64,000 bases of DNA from Cyclobacteriaceae bacterium (GTDB lineage: Bacteria; Bacteroidota; Bacteroidia; Cytophagales; Cyclobacteriaceae): positions 3,390,902 to 3,454,901 of the forward strand of contig OZ253955.1 in the NCBI GenBank assembly GCA_965267415.1, written 5' to 3'. Each line of letters opens with the position of its first letter. The first letter of the stretch is position 1. The position numbers and the translations under genes were made by a program. This document shows positions 19,486-29,032 of this stretch, one piece after another. The notes below the pieces were generated by a model. The model ran no database searches. It worked only from the letters and a program-made list of their open reading frames with translations, and was not told where the DNA came from.

Positions 19486-20385
19486 TCACTCGGAGATCAT
19501 TACTCCGGAATTTTGGAGTACGAGATCAAGATCACCAATTTGATCGACGTTGATAATGTTGGCAGGCATTTCCATTTGCAAGTCGACAACCTGATTTCCT
19601 GTTAGGAAAATCTTTGTGTCTCGAAATTTTCTGGCCAACTCCAGGATGTAGCTCTCAACGTCACTTGCATTGGGCTTTGACGTGATGATCGAAAACAAGT
19701 AGTCAGGGTTGATCTTGTGAAATACTTCCTCAAGATCTCTTGTAGGTACAGACTGCCCCAGGTAAAAAGTTTTGACTCCCCTTGTGCGAAGCAGGTAGTT
19801 GGCAAATAACAACCCAAGTTCGTGTAGCTCACTTTCCGGTAGGAACAGCATAAAAGTGGGAGCATCGTCTCTCGGTTCAACTTTGGAAGTCTCGACAATG
19901 AGTTTTTGCCTGACTAGGTTGGAGACGAAATGTTCTTGTGCCGGGTTGATCGAATTTGCCATCCATAGAATACCAATTTTTCTGAAAAATGGATATAAGA
20001 CATCTATGACCAATGATTCTAACCCAATCTTTTCCTGGTTCTTCTGAATGATTGAATTAAAGAACGATTCATCCATATCCAGCATGGCTACTGTCAAGGC
20101 ATTGATCTGATCTTCGTAAGAATGTTCTTCATGATTCAGCTTAACTACCTCTTCCTGAATTGTCGAAGGGGACATTTGGACAATTCGACTGATCTTGAAC
20201 CCGTGATTCTTAAGAACGGAAATGTTAAGAACCTGTTTTAAATCTTCATCGCTGTAGAACCGAATATTGGTATCTGTGCGTTGAGGGGAAAATAGGTTGT
20301 ATCTCTGCTCCCATATCCGAATGGTGTGGGCTTTGATGCCCGAAAGATGTTCCAGATCCTTTATCGAGTAAATGCTCATTATCAA
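19486..20385 (-). CDS. MerR-family regulator with cobalamin-binding domain (CarH/LitR-like photoreceptor)
   Basis: MerR HTH (YSIKDLEHLSGIKAHTIRIWEQRY); W-x9-EH (WMANSINPAQEH) and ExHxxG (ELHELG) B12 motifs. Confidence 0.92.
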   Translation of the reverse strand: MIMSIYSIKDLEHLSGIKAHTIRIWEQRYNLFSPQRTDTNIRFYSDEDLKQVLNISVLKNHGFKISRIVQMSPSTIQEEVVKLNHEEHSYEDQINALTVAMLDMDESFFNSIIQKNQEKIGLESLVIDVLYPFFRKIGILWMANSINPAQEHFVSNLVRQKLIVETSKVEPRDDAPTFMLFLPESELHELGLLFANYLLRTRGVKTFYLGQSVPTRDLEEVFHKINPDYLFSIITSKPNASDVESYILELARKFRDTKIFLTGNQVVDLQMEMPANIINVDQIGDLDLVLQNSGVMISE

Positions 20386-20472
20386 TTGGTAAACTTTATT
20401 TTAATGAAAAAGTTTTGAAACATAGTTTAAGTGTTTTGTCGTTATTAGTTTTTCACAACGCTAACCAATGCA

Positions 20473-20778
20473 ATGATTCTTTATAATGTAACCGTCAATA
20501 TTGATTCAGATGTAGAAGAAGACTGGATCAAGTGGATGAAAGAAACCCACATTCCTGAAGTTATGGATACCGGGTTCTTTTTAAGCCATCGCATGATGAA
20601 AATGCTGACCGAGGACCCGGACGAAACAGGAAAAACATATGCCATTCAGTATACTGCGGAAACATTGGATCAATTGGAAACCTATCTGGATACCGTTGCA
20701 CCAAAGCTTCAGAAAGCTTCGATTATTCGTTATGGAACAAAAATGGCCGCATTCAGAACGGTTCTTGAAGAGGTTTAG
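20473..20778 (+). CDS. DUF4286 family protein
   Basis: MILYNVTVNID...WIKWMKETHIPEVM...TYAIQY...AFRTVLE. Confidence 0.85.
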   Translation: MILYNVTVNIDSDVEEDWIKWMKETHIPEVMDTGFFLSHRMMKMLTEDPDETGKTYAIQYTAETLDQLETYLDTVAPKLQKASIIRYGTKMAAFRTVLEEV

Positions 20779-21221
20779 AAGTCCAGGTGGCAATTCCACC
20801 ATTCTTCATCAAACCGTGTTTCATACTTCCTATAAAAGTTGATAGCAGGTTCATTCCAATCCAAAACCTGCCACATCATTCCGGTACAGTTGGTTTGTTT
20901 ACCTACATTGATTGTTTCTTCGAAGAGTAACTTACCAGCACCAGATCCTCTTTTTTCTTCTGTCACCACCAGGTCTTCCAGGTGTAGTCTTTTCCCTTTC
21001 CAGGTGGAATAGCGATAATAATAAATAGCCGTGCCGATGATCCCGGATTCATCCTCGGCTACTAAAAAGCCATAAACCGGATGATCTCCAAATCCATCCT
21101 TCAGCATCATTTCTACTGTATTGGTCACCTCCTCCGGGGCATTCTCATACACAGCCAATTCCATGATGAGTTCCAGGATTCTTGGCAGGTCTTCCTTTTT
21201 ACCTATTCGTATAGATGTCAT
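20775..21221 (-). CDS. GNAT family N-acetyltransferase (SSAT/diamine acetyltransferase-like)
   Basis: ELAVYE, YSTWKGKRLHLEDLVV, RGSGAG, VLDWNEPAINFY. ATG 21221 preferred over 21263. Confidence 0.9.
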   Translation of the reverse strand: MTSIRIGKKEDLPRILELIMELAVYENAPEEVTNTVEMMLKDGFGDHPVYGFLVAEDESGIIGTAIYYYRYSTWKGKRLHLEDLVVTEEKRGSGAGKLLFEETINVGKQTNCTGMMWQVLDWNEPAINFYRKYETRFDEEWWNCHLDF

Positions 21222-21287
21222 GGACCAAAAATATAAACCCTGCTCCAACTGGGAGCAGGGCATCTTATAGGTTAGTAAGGTGATAGC

Positions 21288-23420
21288 TTACAGTTCATCT
21301 TTTGCGAACTCAGGGATCACTCCCATATTGTACCATGCAAAAGAATAGCGATCAGTAAGCTGCTCAATTGTCTTTGATATAGGCGTCCCGGCACCATGGC
21401 CGGCATCTGTCTCTATTCGGATCAAAACGGGGTTTGGTCCGTTATGATGTTCCTGCAAGGTGGCAGCAAATTTAAACGAATGTGCGGGAACTACCCTATC
21501 ATCGTGATCTGCGGTCGTAACTAATGTCGCAGGATAGGCAGTTCCAGCCTTAAGAGCATGAACAGGTGAATACTTTCTCAGATATTGGAACATTTCCTCA
21601 GATTCTTCAGAAGTGCCATAATCAGTGGCCCATCCGGCACCTGCGGTGAATTTATGATATCGAAGCATGTCCATTACTCCCACTGCCGGAAATGCTACTT
21701 TGGCTAAATCCGGTCGTTGAGTCATGGTAGCCCCTACCAATAGCCCACCATTTGAACCACCTGCGATTGCCAGGTATTCACTTGAGGTGTAATCATTGGC
21801 TACTAACCATTCACCAGCAGCAATGAAATCATCAAAAACGTTTTGCTTTTGAAGTTTGGTGCCTGCTTTGTGCCATTTTTCACCATATTCACCTCCACCT
21901 CTGATGTTAGGCTGAGCATAAATCCCTCCGTTCTCCAGCCATACGATTCTTGAAGTACTGAAGGTAGGTCTTAGGCTGATATTGAAACCCCCGTAAGCAT
22001 AGAGGTAAGTAGGGTTCTTACCGTTTAGATCCAACCCCTTTTTATGGACAATAAACATTGGTACCTCCGTGCCGTCCTTACTGGTGTAGAAAATCTGTTT
22101 CGTTTCGTAATCGTCCGGATTGAAATCAATTTGTGGCTGCCGGTACAATTCCGAAGTTCCTGAAGGAATATCGAATTTATAGATTGATGAAGGATAGGTA
22201 AATGAAGTGAACGTATAGTAAATGAAATCCTCACTCATTCGACTTCCGAAACCGTAAACCGTCCCAATAGCAGGCAATTCAACATTTCTAACAGGGTTTC
22301 CTTTTAGGTCGAATTGCTTGATTTCCGTTTTTGCATCTACCAGGTAGTTTGCGAAAATGTACCCGCCTCCGGTATTGGCATTTAGCACATTGTCAGTTTC
22401 AGGAATTACATCATCCCAGGTCTCGGTAGTTGGATTACTAATCGTAGTTTCTACTATTCTTTGATTAGGAGCATTCTTGTTGGTTTGGATCAAAATACGA
22501 TCACCTTCAGTATGGAGCACGAATTCATCGGTTTCCATTTCTTCGTCTACCGGAATGATCCTGCCATTGTTCTTAAGATCCTGGATGAAGAGTACGTTAC
22601 CACTGGTGCTAGATGCCGCACTGATCACAAGGTAGCGATTGTCTTCAGTGACGTACCCAAAAATGTATCGATAAGGCTGTTGTTCACCTCCGAAGACCAG
22701 TCGGTCCTGGCTCTGAGGAGTCCCTAGTTTGTGGTAGTACAGTTTGTGATATTGTGTCTTAGCGGATAACTCGCTTCCATCTTTAGGCTTGTCGTAACTA
22801 CTGTAGTAGAATCCATCATTTCCTCTCCAACTGAGCCCACTAAACTTGATGTTATGAAGGGTATCCTCTACTATTTCCATTGTTTCGGTATTCATCACCA
22901 GTGCCTTTCTCCAGTCTGAACCCCCAATAGAGATCATGTATCCACACAGTGAGCCATCATCAGTGAAACTTGTTGTTGTAAGTGAAACGGTCCCATCTTC
23001 CGAAAATGAATTGGGATCCAGAAATACTTCTTCATTGCCCTTGTCATCAGAACGGTAAAAGACATTCTGATTTTGAAGTCCATCATTTTTATAGTAGTAG
23101 TCGTAAGCGCCATTTCTAGTTGGAGCGTAGACTCGTTCATAATCAAATAATTGGGTGAGGCGTTCTTTCAGTTTATCCCGATAGGGGATGTTGTCGAGGT
23201 AAGCAAAGGTCACTTCATTTTGCTGACCTACCCACTCCGCGGTTTCTTCTGAAAGGTCGTCTTCCAGCCACCGGTAAGGGTCAGGTACCTCCACTCCAAA
23301 GTAGACATCAACAGTATCCACCTTGCTGGTTGTTGGATAAGTGAGTTGTTTCGCACTTTCACCACTTTCCTGACAAGACCAAAGGAATGGGATTATGAGT
23401 GCATAGATCGTTCGTTTCAT
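21288..23420 (-). CDS. Prolyl oligopeptidase (S9A), lipoprotein
   Basis: DPYRWLED, GGSNGG, DDRV, AGHGAG catalytic triad motifs; lipobox LWSC. Confidence 0.95.
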   Translation of the reverse strand: MKRTIYALIIPFLWSCQESGESAKQLTYPTTSKVDTVDVYFGVEVPDPYRWLEDDLSEETAEWVGQQNEVTFAYLDNIPYRDKLKERLTQLFDYERVYAPTRNGAYDYYYKNDGLQNQNVFYRSDDKGNEEVFLDPNSFSEDGTVSLTTTSFTDDGSLCGYMISIGGSDWRKALVMNTETMEIVEDTLHNIKFSGLSWRGNDGFYYSSYDKPKDGSELSAKTQYHKLYYHKLGTPQSQDRLVFGGEQQPYRYIFGYVTEDNRYLVISAASSTSGNVLFIQDLKNNGRIIPVDEEMETDEFVLHTEGDRILIQTNKNAPNQRIVETTISNPTTETWDDVIPETDNVLNANTGGGYIFANYLVDAKTEIKQFDLKGNPVRNVELPAIGTVYGFGSRMSEDFIYYTFTSFTYPSSIYKFDIPSGTSELYRQPQIDFNPDDYETKQIFYTSKDGTEVPMFIVHKKGLDLNGKNPTYLYAYGGFNISLRPTFSTSRIVWLENGGIYAQPNIRGGGEYGEKWHKAGTKLQKQNVFDDFIAAGEWLVANDYTSSEYLAIAGGSNGGLLVGATMTQRPDLAKVAFPAVGVMDMLRYHKFTAGAGWATDYGTSEESEEMFQYLRKYSPVHALKAGTAYPATLVTTADHDDRVVPAHSFKFAATLQEHHNGPNPVLIRIETDAGHGAGTPISKTIEQLTDRYSFAWYNMGVIPEFAKDEL

Positions 23421-23497
23421 AGCTTGACTTTTATCAGCATGAAATTAGCGAACATCTGTTCACAGAAAAAAATGAGATGTGCTATTTACACCAGCGG

Positions 23498-24781
23498 TCA
23501 GGGCTTAACGATAGCATCAAATCCTACATATTTCTGCAATACTTCCGGAATTCTTATTCGATCAGGCTCCTGGTTATTCTCGAGTATTGCTGCGATAATC
23601 CTTGGGAGCGCTAAGGCACTTCCATTAAGTGTATGAGCAAGTTCCTTGGTTCCGCCTTCTCTTTTGAGACGAAGTTTTAGCCGATTGGCCTGATAGGCTT
23701 CAAAGTTTGAAACAGAGCTTACCTCCAACCACTTTTCCTGAGCTGCCGAGAAAACCTCGAAATCATAAGTTAGGGCCGAAGTGAAACCCAAATCTCCTCC
23801 ACAAAGCCTCAGAATTCGGTAAGGAAGTTCTAATGACTTAACTAGTTGTTCAACGTGTGCGGTCATCTCATCTAATATCTTGTAGGAATCCTCCGGCTTT
23901 GCAATTTGAACTAACTCTACTTTATCGAATTGATGTAATCGATTAAGCCCTCTCACATGCGAACCCCATGAGCCAGCTTCTCTTCTAAAGCAGGGAGTGT
24001 GCCCCGTATTTTTTATAGGAAACTGATCTTCAGGGATAATTGAATCACGATAGATATTAGTGATCGGTACCTCGGCTGTAGGAATCAGGTACAAATTATT
24101 GGCTTCCATATGATACATCTGCCCCTCCTTATCAGGAAGTTGCCCGGTACCATAGCCCGATGTTTCATTGATTACTACTGGTGGGTGGATCTCATAGTAC
24201 CCTGAATCGACTGCTTCATCAAGAAAATAATTGATCATACCTCGAACAAGCCGTGCTCCCTGACCTTTATAGAATGGGAAGCCAGCCCCTGTCACTTTAT
24301 TTCCTAACTCAAAATCAATGATGTCATAATCCTCAATAAGTTCCCAATGAGGTTTTTTAGAAGCACTTAATGCCGGGACATTCTCATCATGGGTTTGGAC
24401 GACTTCATTATCCTCATCAGTATTTCCAGAGGGAACACTTTCATGCGGGATATTAGGAATATTATACAAAGAGGTCTCAAGTTCTTTCTCAACTACATTC
24501 TGAGATTCTTGGAGTTCCTTGCTCTTAGATTTTAACTCAGATGTCTCAGCTTTCAGCTTTTCAGCTTCTTCTTTTTTCCCCTGTTGGAAAAGGGCTCCGA
24601 TTTCCTTCGCGAGTTGATTGGATCTATGAAGAATAGCATCCAGTTCTTGTTGAATTTGTTTTCTTGAAGCATCTTTTTCCAGGACTTCTTTCAGTAATTC
24701 CTCAGGATTTTTGATCCCTCTTTTCTTTAGACCATTAGCACATCGGTCAAATTCTTTCTCAATAGTTGAGACCTGTAACAT
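23498..24781 (-). CDS. serS: Serine--tRNA ligase
   Basis: LIPTAEVP, FRREAGS, GLNRLHQFDKVE, HTLNGSALA. Confidence 0.98.
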   Translation of the reverse strand: MLQVSTIEKEFDRCANGLKKRGIKNPEELLKEVLEKDASRKQIQQELDAILHRSNQLAKEIGALFQQGKKEEAEKLKAETSELKSKSKELQESQNVVEKELETSLYNIPNIPHESVPSGNTDEDNEVVQTHDENVPALSASKKPHWELIEDYDIIDFELGNKVTGAGFPFYKGQGARLVRGMINYFLDEAVDSGYYEIHPPVVINETSGYGTGQLPDKEGQMYHMEANNLYLIPTAEVPITNIYRDSIIPEDQFPIKNTGHTPCFRREAGSWGSHVRGLNRLHQFDKVELVQIAKPEDSYKILDEMTAHVEQLVKSLELPYRILRLCGGDLGFTSALTYDFEVFSAAQEKWLEVSSVSNFEAYQANRLKLRLKREGGTKELAHTLNGSALALPRIIAAILENNQEPDRIRIPEVLQKYVGFDAIVKP

Positions 24782-24869
24782 TGAATTGAAATTTTTTCAG
24801 AGCGCAAAGAAAAATGATTTTCAAATGAATGTAAGGCAGTTATCACCTTGATTAAAAAAAATCTGTGTA

Positions 24870-24901
24870 TTTGCTAAATAATAGGCGATAGTCTATACTT
24901 G
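24870..24901 (+). promoter_or_regulatory. Promoter of rho
   Basis: TTTG (24870-73), 20 nt, TATACTTG (24894-24901; one mismatch). Confidence 0.65.
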
Positions 24902-25005
24902 CGAAGCATTCCAATGGAATCCCACCCGGGTATTCCGCTTTATATAAAGCAATTAGCGAATCATTTACTACAAATTTCAATCTTAAAACCCACTTTTATT
25001 CACGT

Positions 25006-26532
25006 ATGTACACATTAGATGATCTGAGTGTAATGCTATTGTCAGAACTGCGAGAGGTAGCAGAACAGTTAGGAATTAAGAACGCAAAGAAGACCGCCAA
25101 ACAGGATTTGATATATAAGATTTTAGATCAGCAGGCTACTATGCCTGAGGGAGAAATTAAAAAGATCAAAGAAACGAATGGAGCTGTTGAAACAGTGGCT
25201 GCTAAAGCAGTAGCTGAAGAAGTTGTTGATAAGCCAGCAAGGAAACCTAAACCTAAAAAAGAAGAGAAACGAAACGGTGATGACAGACCTGCCAGTGACG
25301 AAAGATCTGCAAAGGATGAGGAAAAGGCGGAAAGAGATGCAGCGAGGCAGGAGAGAGAAGCTGAAAAGCAGGAGAGAAGAAGGAAGAAAGAACAATACAA
25401 TGAAGAGATCAAGGAATTTGATGGGGTCATTGAGAGCGAAGGTGTCCTAGAAATCATGCAGGATGGCTATGGCTTCTTAAGGTCAAGTGACTACCACTAC
25501 CTTGCCAGTCCGGATGATATATATGTTTCACCTTCTCAGATCAAGCTTTTCGGTCTGAGAACTGGTGATACGGTAAAAGGACAGATCAGACCTCCAAAGG
25601 ATGGAGAAAAATACTTTGCCTTGCTTAAGGTTGAATCTGTCAATGGAAAAACGACCGATGAGATTCGGGATCGGGTAGCTTTTGAATACCTGACTCCACT
25701 CTTCCCGGATGAGAAACTTAAGTTGAGCACTAAGCCAGACAACTATTCTACGAGAATACTGGACTTGTTTGCCCCAATCGGTAAGGGCCAGCGGGGTATG
25801 ATCGTAGCGCAACCAAAGACTGGTAAAACGGTGCTTTTAAAGAATGTAGCCAACGCGATCGCTGAAAATCACCCTGAGTGTTACCTGATGATCCTATTGA
25901 TCGATGAGCGGCCTGAGGAGGTAACGGATATGGCACGTTCGGTAAAAGCGGAAGTGGTTGCGTCTACTTTTGACGAGCAGGCTGAGAAGCATGTGAAAGT
26001 AGCCAATATCGTTTTGGAAAAAGCCAAGCGAATGGTAGAGTGTGGTCACGATGTAGTCATTCTTCTGGATTCGATCACACGATTGGCCCGGGCGCATAAC
26101 ACAGTTGTACCATCATCCGGAAAGATCCTTTCAGGGGGTGTTGATGCCAATGCACTTCATAAGCCAAAACGCTTCTTCGGTGCAGCACGAAATGTAGAGA
26201 ATGGAGGTTCTCTTACAATCATTGCCACAGCACTGATTGAGACCGGCTCTAAAATGGACGAAGTGATCTTCGAGGAATTCAAAGGAACCGGTAACATGGA
26301 GCTTCAATTGGATCGAAAACTTTCCAACAAGCGAGTTTACCCTGCAATTGATGTTCCTGCATCCGGTACGCGTCGTGAGGACTTACTAATGGATAAAGAA
26401 GAGCTTAGCCGTGTCTGGATCTTGCGTAAGTTCATGTCTGATATGAACAGTAGCGAGGCAATGGAATTCTTGCTAAGTAAAATGAAGGGCACCGTTAATA
26501 ATGATGAGTTCCTGGTAAGCATGAACGGCTGA
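25006..26532 (+). CDS. rho: Transcription termination factor Rho with charged N-terminal insertion
   Basis: [42 protein letters not shown]. Confidence 0.98.
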   Translation: MYTLDDLSVMLLSELREVAEQLGIKNAKKTAKQDLIYKILDQQATMPEGEIKKIKETNGAVETVAAKAVAEEVVDKPARKPKPKKEEKRNGDDRPASDERSAKDEEKAERDAARQEREAEKQERRRKKEQYNEEIKEFDGVIESEGVLEIMQDGYGFLRSSDYHYLASPDDIYVSPSQIKLFGLRTGDTVKGQIRPPKDGEKYFALLKVESVNGKTTDEIRDRVAFEYLTPLFPDEKLKLSTKPDNYSTRILDLFAPIGKGQRGMIVAQPKTGKTVLLKNVANAIAENHPECYLMILLIDERPEEVTDMARSVKAEVVASTFDEQAEKHVKVANIVLEKAKRMVECGHDVVILLDSITRLARAHNTVVPSSGKILSGGVDANALHKPKRFFGAARNVENGGSLTIIATALIETGSKMDEVIFEEFKGTGNMELQLDRKLSNKRVYPAIDVPASGTRREDLLMDKEELSRVWILRKFMSDMNSSEAMEFLLSKMKGTVNNDEFLVSMNG

Positions 26533-26563
26533 TAACGTAACTAAATAAGTCTTATGACAAAAT

Positions 26564-26600
26564 AAATGTCAGGCTCCCTTGGGGGTCTGACATTTTTTAT
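26564..26600 (+). terminator. Intrinsic terminator after rho
   Basis: AAATGTCAGGCTCC-CTTG-GGGGTCTGACATTT followed by a T-tract. Confidence 0.85.
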
Positions 26601-26646
26601 TGTACTATTCAAATACAAACTTGAATTTTACAAACCATAAGAGTAA

Positions 26647-27717
26647 ATGAAACTTAAACATTACCTACCAGCTATCGTCATCATTTTTGCAGCCTGTTCG
26701 GATGAAAACGACTCAGGGCTATCACCTGAAGGTGCTTCGGCACAAATCAGCTCCATTGCTGGAGAGATGAATGATGACGTTGTTACCATGGTTCAGTCAG
26801 AAGGTGTTCAAGGAGCCCTTTCATTGGTTGAATTGATGGAAAACTCAACTGAATTTGGCAGAATATCGCCATACACTCCTGATGAAAATCAAGCTTTTGT
26901 TCAACAGCAAGTTGGCACCATTGCTTACCATTTCACTACAGGCGTGGCTGATGCACTTGGTGAAGAGCCTCAGGACTTTATAGATCTAAAAGGAGTTTAT
27001 CTGTGGAATTTTGATTTGGAAGACTTTGAAAAGGTTGAAGAATCAGATTTTCTCGTAATCGGCTTTCCTTCCGAAGGATCAACCACTAATAATGCGGAAT
27101 TCAGATTGACAGAGTACACGGTTGTTGAAATTGATCAGGAGGAATGGCCCACTGCAATAAAAGCGGACCTGGCCGTGGATGATGTTACGTACATCAATCT
27201 GAATTTGATTGTGAATTATGATAGTGAAGGAGCGATTGAGGCTGCTGACATCACTCTTGACGTCCTTCCGTTCTCCTTAGATTTAACATTCTCTGACAAA
27301 GAGGCTCAATCATCATTTCTTGATGTCGCATTGTTATTAGAGGGGGAAGACCTTGTTGGTATTGACGTTGAAATAGAATTTGATTCAGAAGATAAACTTG
27401 AGCCTGTTGCCATCTCTGGCGAAGTATTCTATCGCGACTTAAAAATTGCCGGGAGCATCAGTGATACTATGATGGATGAGTCCGTGGACAGTAATCCCAA
27501 TGACTATGTAGATCTTGATCTCTTGATTGCAGATGATAAAGTCGGAGACATAGTGTTTGTACTGGAAGAATTTGAAGATGAGTGGGGGACTTATGAAGAA
27601 TATGTGCCTTACGTTCAATATTCAGACGGTACTCAGGAAAACCTGGAAGAACTGCTGGAAGATGTCATTCTGGAGATCGAAGATCTCTTTGAAGACCTTG
27701 ATGATTTTGAAGGATAA
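26647..27717 (+). CDS. Hypothetical very acidic lipoprotein
   Basis: Lipobox FAAC followed by SDEND; Asp/Glu-rich throughout; no family recognised. Confidence 0.8.
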   Translation: MKLKHYLPAIVIIFAACSDENDSGLSPEGASAQISSIAGEMNDDVVTMVQSEGVQGALSLVELMENSTEFGRISPYTPDENQAFVQQQVGTIAYHFTTGVADALGEEPQDFIDLKGVYLWNFDLEDFEKVEESDFLVIGFPSEGSTTNNAEFRLTEYTVVEIDQEEWPTAIKADLAVDDVTYINLNLIVNYDSEGAIEAADITLDVLPFSLDLTFSDKEAQSSFLDVALLLEGEDLVGIDVEIEFDSEDKLEPVAISGEVFYRDLKIAGSISDTMMDESVDSNPNDYVDLDLLIADDKVGDIVFVLEEFEDEWGTYEEYVPYVQYSDGTQENLEELLEDVILEIEDLFEDLDDFEG

Positions 27718-27747
27718 GAATTAGTTCTTACTTAAAGAATATACCAC

Positions 27748-27784
27748 AGTCCTCCTACCACTTGAAGTGGTAGGAGGACTTTTT
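27748..27784. repeat. Perfect 16-bp inverted repeat (terminator and/or REP-like)
   Basis: AGTCCTCCTACCACTT-G-AAGTGGTAGGAGGACT, then TTTT, between convergent genes. Confidence 0.8.
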
Positions 27785-28988
27785 ACTTCCCATCAACGAA
27801 TGGTTTCAAATAGGAATATCGGTCTGTTAACTCTTTGTTTCTTGTAATAGTAGCATTTCCAATAACTGACTTTTCATCGTTGTTGAACAAATGAGGCAAA
27901 ACATTATTAATAAACTCATCACCAAAACTTTCTGAAGCATCCCTCGGAAGTTCACAAGGTAAATTATCAACCGCCATGACAGTTATGTTCGCCTCATCAG
28001 ACATAGCTTCCTCAACCTGATCATCACTAGGGTTATAATCATAGATAGGGTCTTCAATTGTGCTTGGCTTTTTGGTCGATGGAATAGAGCCTTCTATATC
28101 ACAAGTGATGTCGGCAATGACACGAATATCAAAATCGTCTTTGGTAGCGTCTTCCCGATTAAATAATACAGGGGCAGATGGATCCCAGAAAGCACACGCT
28201 ATCAGCAAGTCGGTTACCCTGGCGAATTTGAGGAAGTCACCTTTAAAATGTTCCGGGTGTTCATAAAACTCTGTGCGGTGAAATTCATGATTATCCTTAT
28301 GCCTGTTATAATCCCGTGTATTGAGCTGGGTAAAGACTGGCTCATCAAATCTCTCATGCACAAAATCATGTGGTGTTACCTTTCGGATACCGATACCATT
28401 CAATACTTCCATAGCTCCTTTTGCCACTCGGCCGCCTCCTGTAACAGCGATCTTTACCGCTGGAAGTTTGATCTTCGAATACTCTGTTTTTAGATCCTCG
28501 TAATCAAAGCACTCATGAGCTCTTCGAATATCGAAGAGGCGATAACGCTTTCCGAATGTCCATAGTCCGTTATACGCACCTACAATTCCTGCCCATCTTC
28601 CAAAGGCGATTACACGATTTCCGTTTTCATTGGTAAGAGTTTCCCAATCAACAAGTTGAATATTCTTATTTAAGATGGCCTGGAGTAATTCGCGGTTATA
28701 CTCCTGCATCTTGATTGTGTGCGAAAAAAAGAAGTATGTTTTGTCAGGGATCAGTTGATCTATTGGGACTTCTTTGACCCCCAAGATAATGCCACAATCT
28801 GCAATTGAATCAGATACCTGGACTCCCTGATCTCTGTAATCCTGATCTGGAAAACAACGTATATCACTGGACTGTACAGTGATGGAAGCATCAAAATTTT
28901 CTGAAATGAACTTTGCTTGTTCTGGGGTGATCGGAACCCGATGATCAACAGGGACCTTACCTTCTCGGACAATGCCAATTTTTCGCAT
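27783..28988 (-). CDS. AlaDH/PNT-fold NAD(P)-dependent oxidoreductase (saccharopine dehydrogenase / lysine-ketoglutarate reductase-like)
   Basis: RVPITP, GVKEVP, FFSHTIK, FGRWAGIVG, GGGRVAKG, ADITCD, VDNLPCELPRDAS. Confidence 0.85.
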   Translation of the reverse strand: MRKIGIVREGKVPVDHRVPITPEQAKFISENFDASITVQSSDIRCFPDQDYRDQGVQVSDSIADCGIILGVKEVPIDQLIPDKTYFFFSHTIKMQEYNRELLQAILNKNIQLVDWETLTNENGNRVIAFGRWAGIVGAYNGLWTFGKRYRLFDIRRAHECFDYEDLKTEYSKIKLPAVKIAVTGGGRVAKGAMEVLNGIGIRKVTPHDFVHERFDEPVFTQLNTRDYNRHKDNHEFHRTEFYEHPEHFKGDFLKFARVTDLLIACAFWDPSAPVLFNREDATKDDFDIRVIADITCDIEGSIPSTKKPSTIEDPIYDYNPSDDQVEEAMSDEANITVMAVDNLPCELPRDASESFGDEFINNVLPHLFNNDEKSVIGNATITRNKELTDRYSYLKPFVDGK

Positions 28989-29032
28989 TTTGCGAAATTA
29001 ATGACTAACTGGTGATTAGCAGGTTTGTGGTG

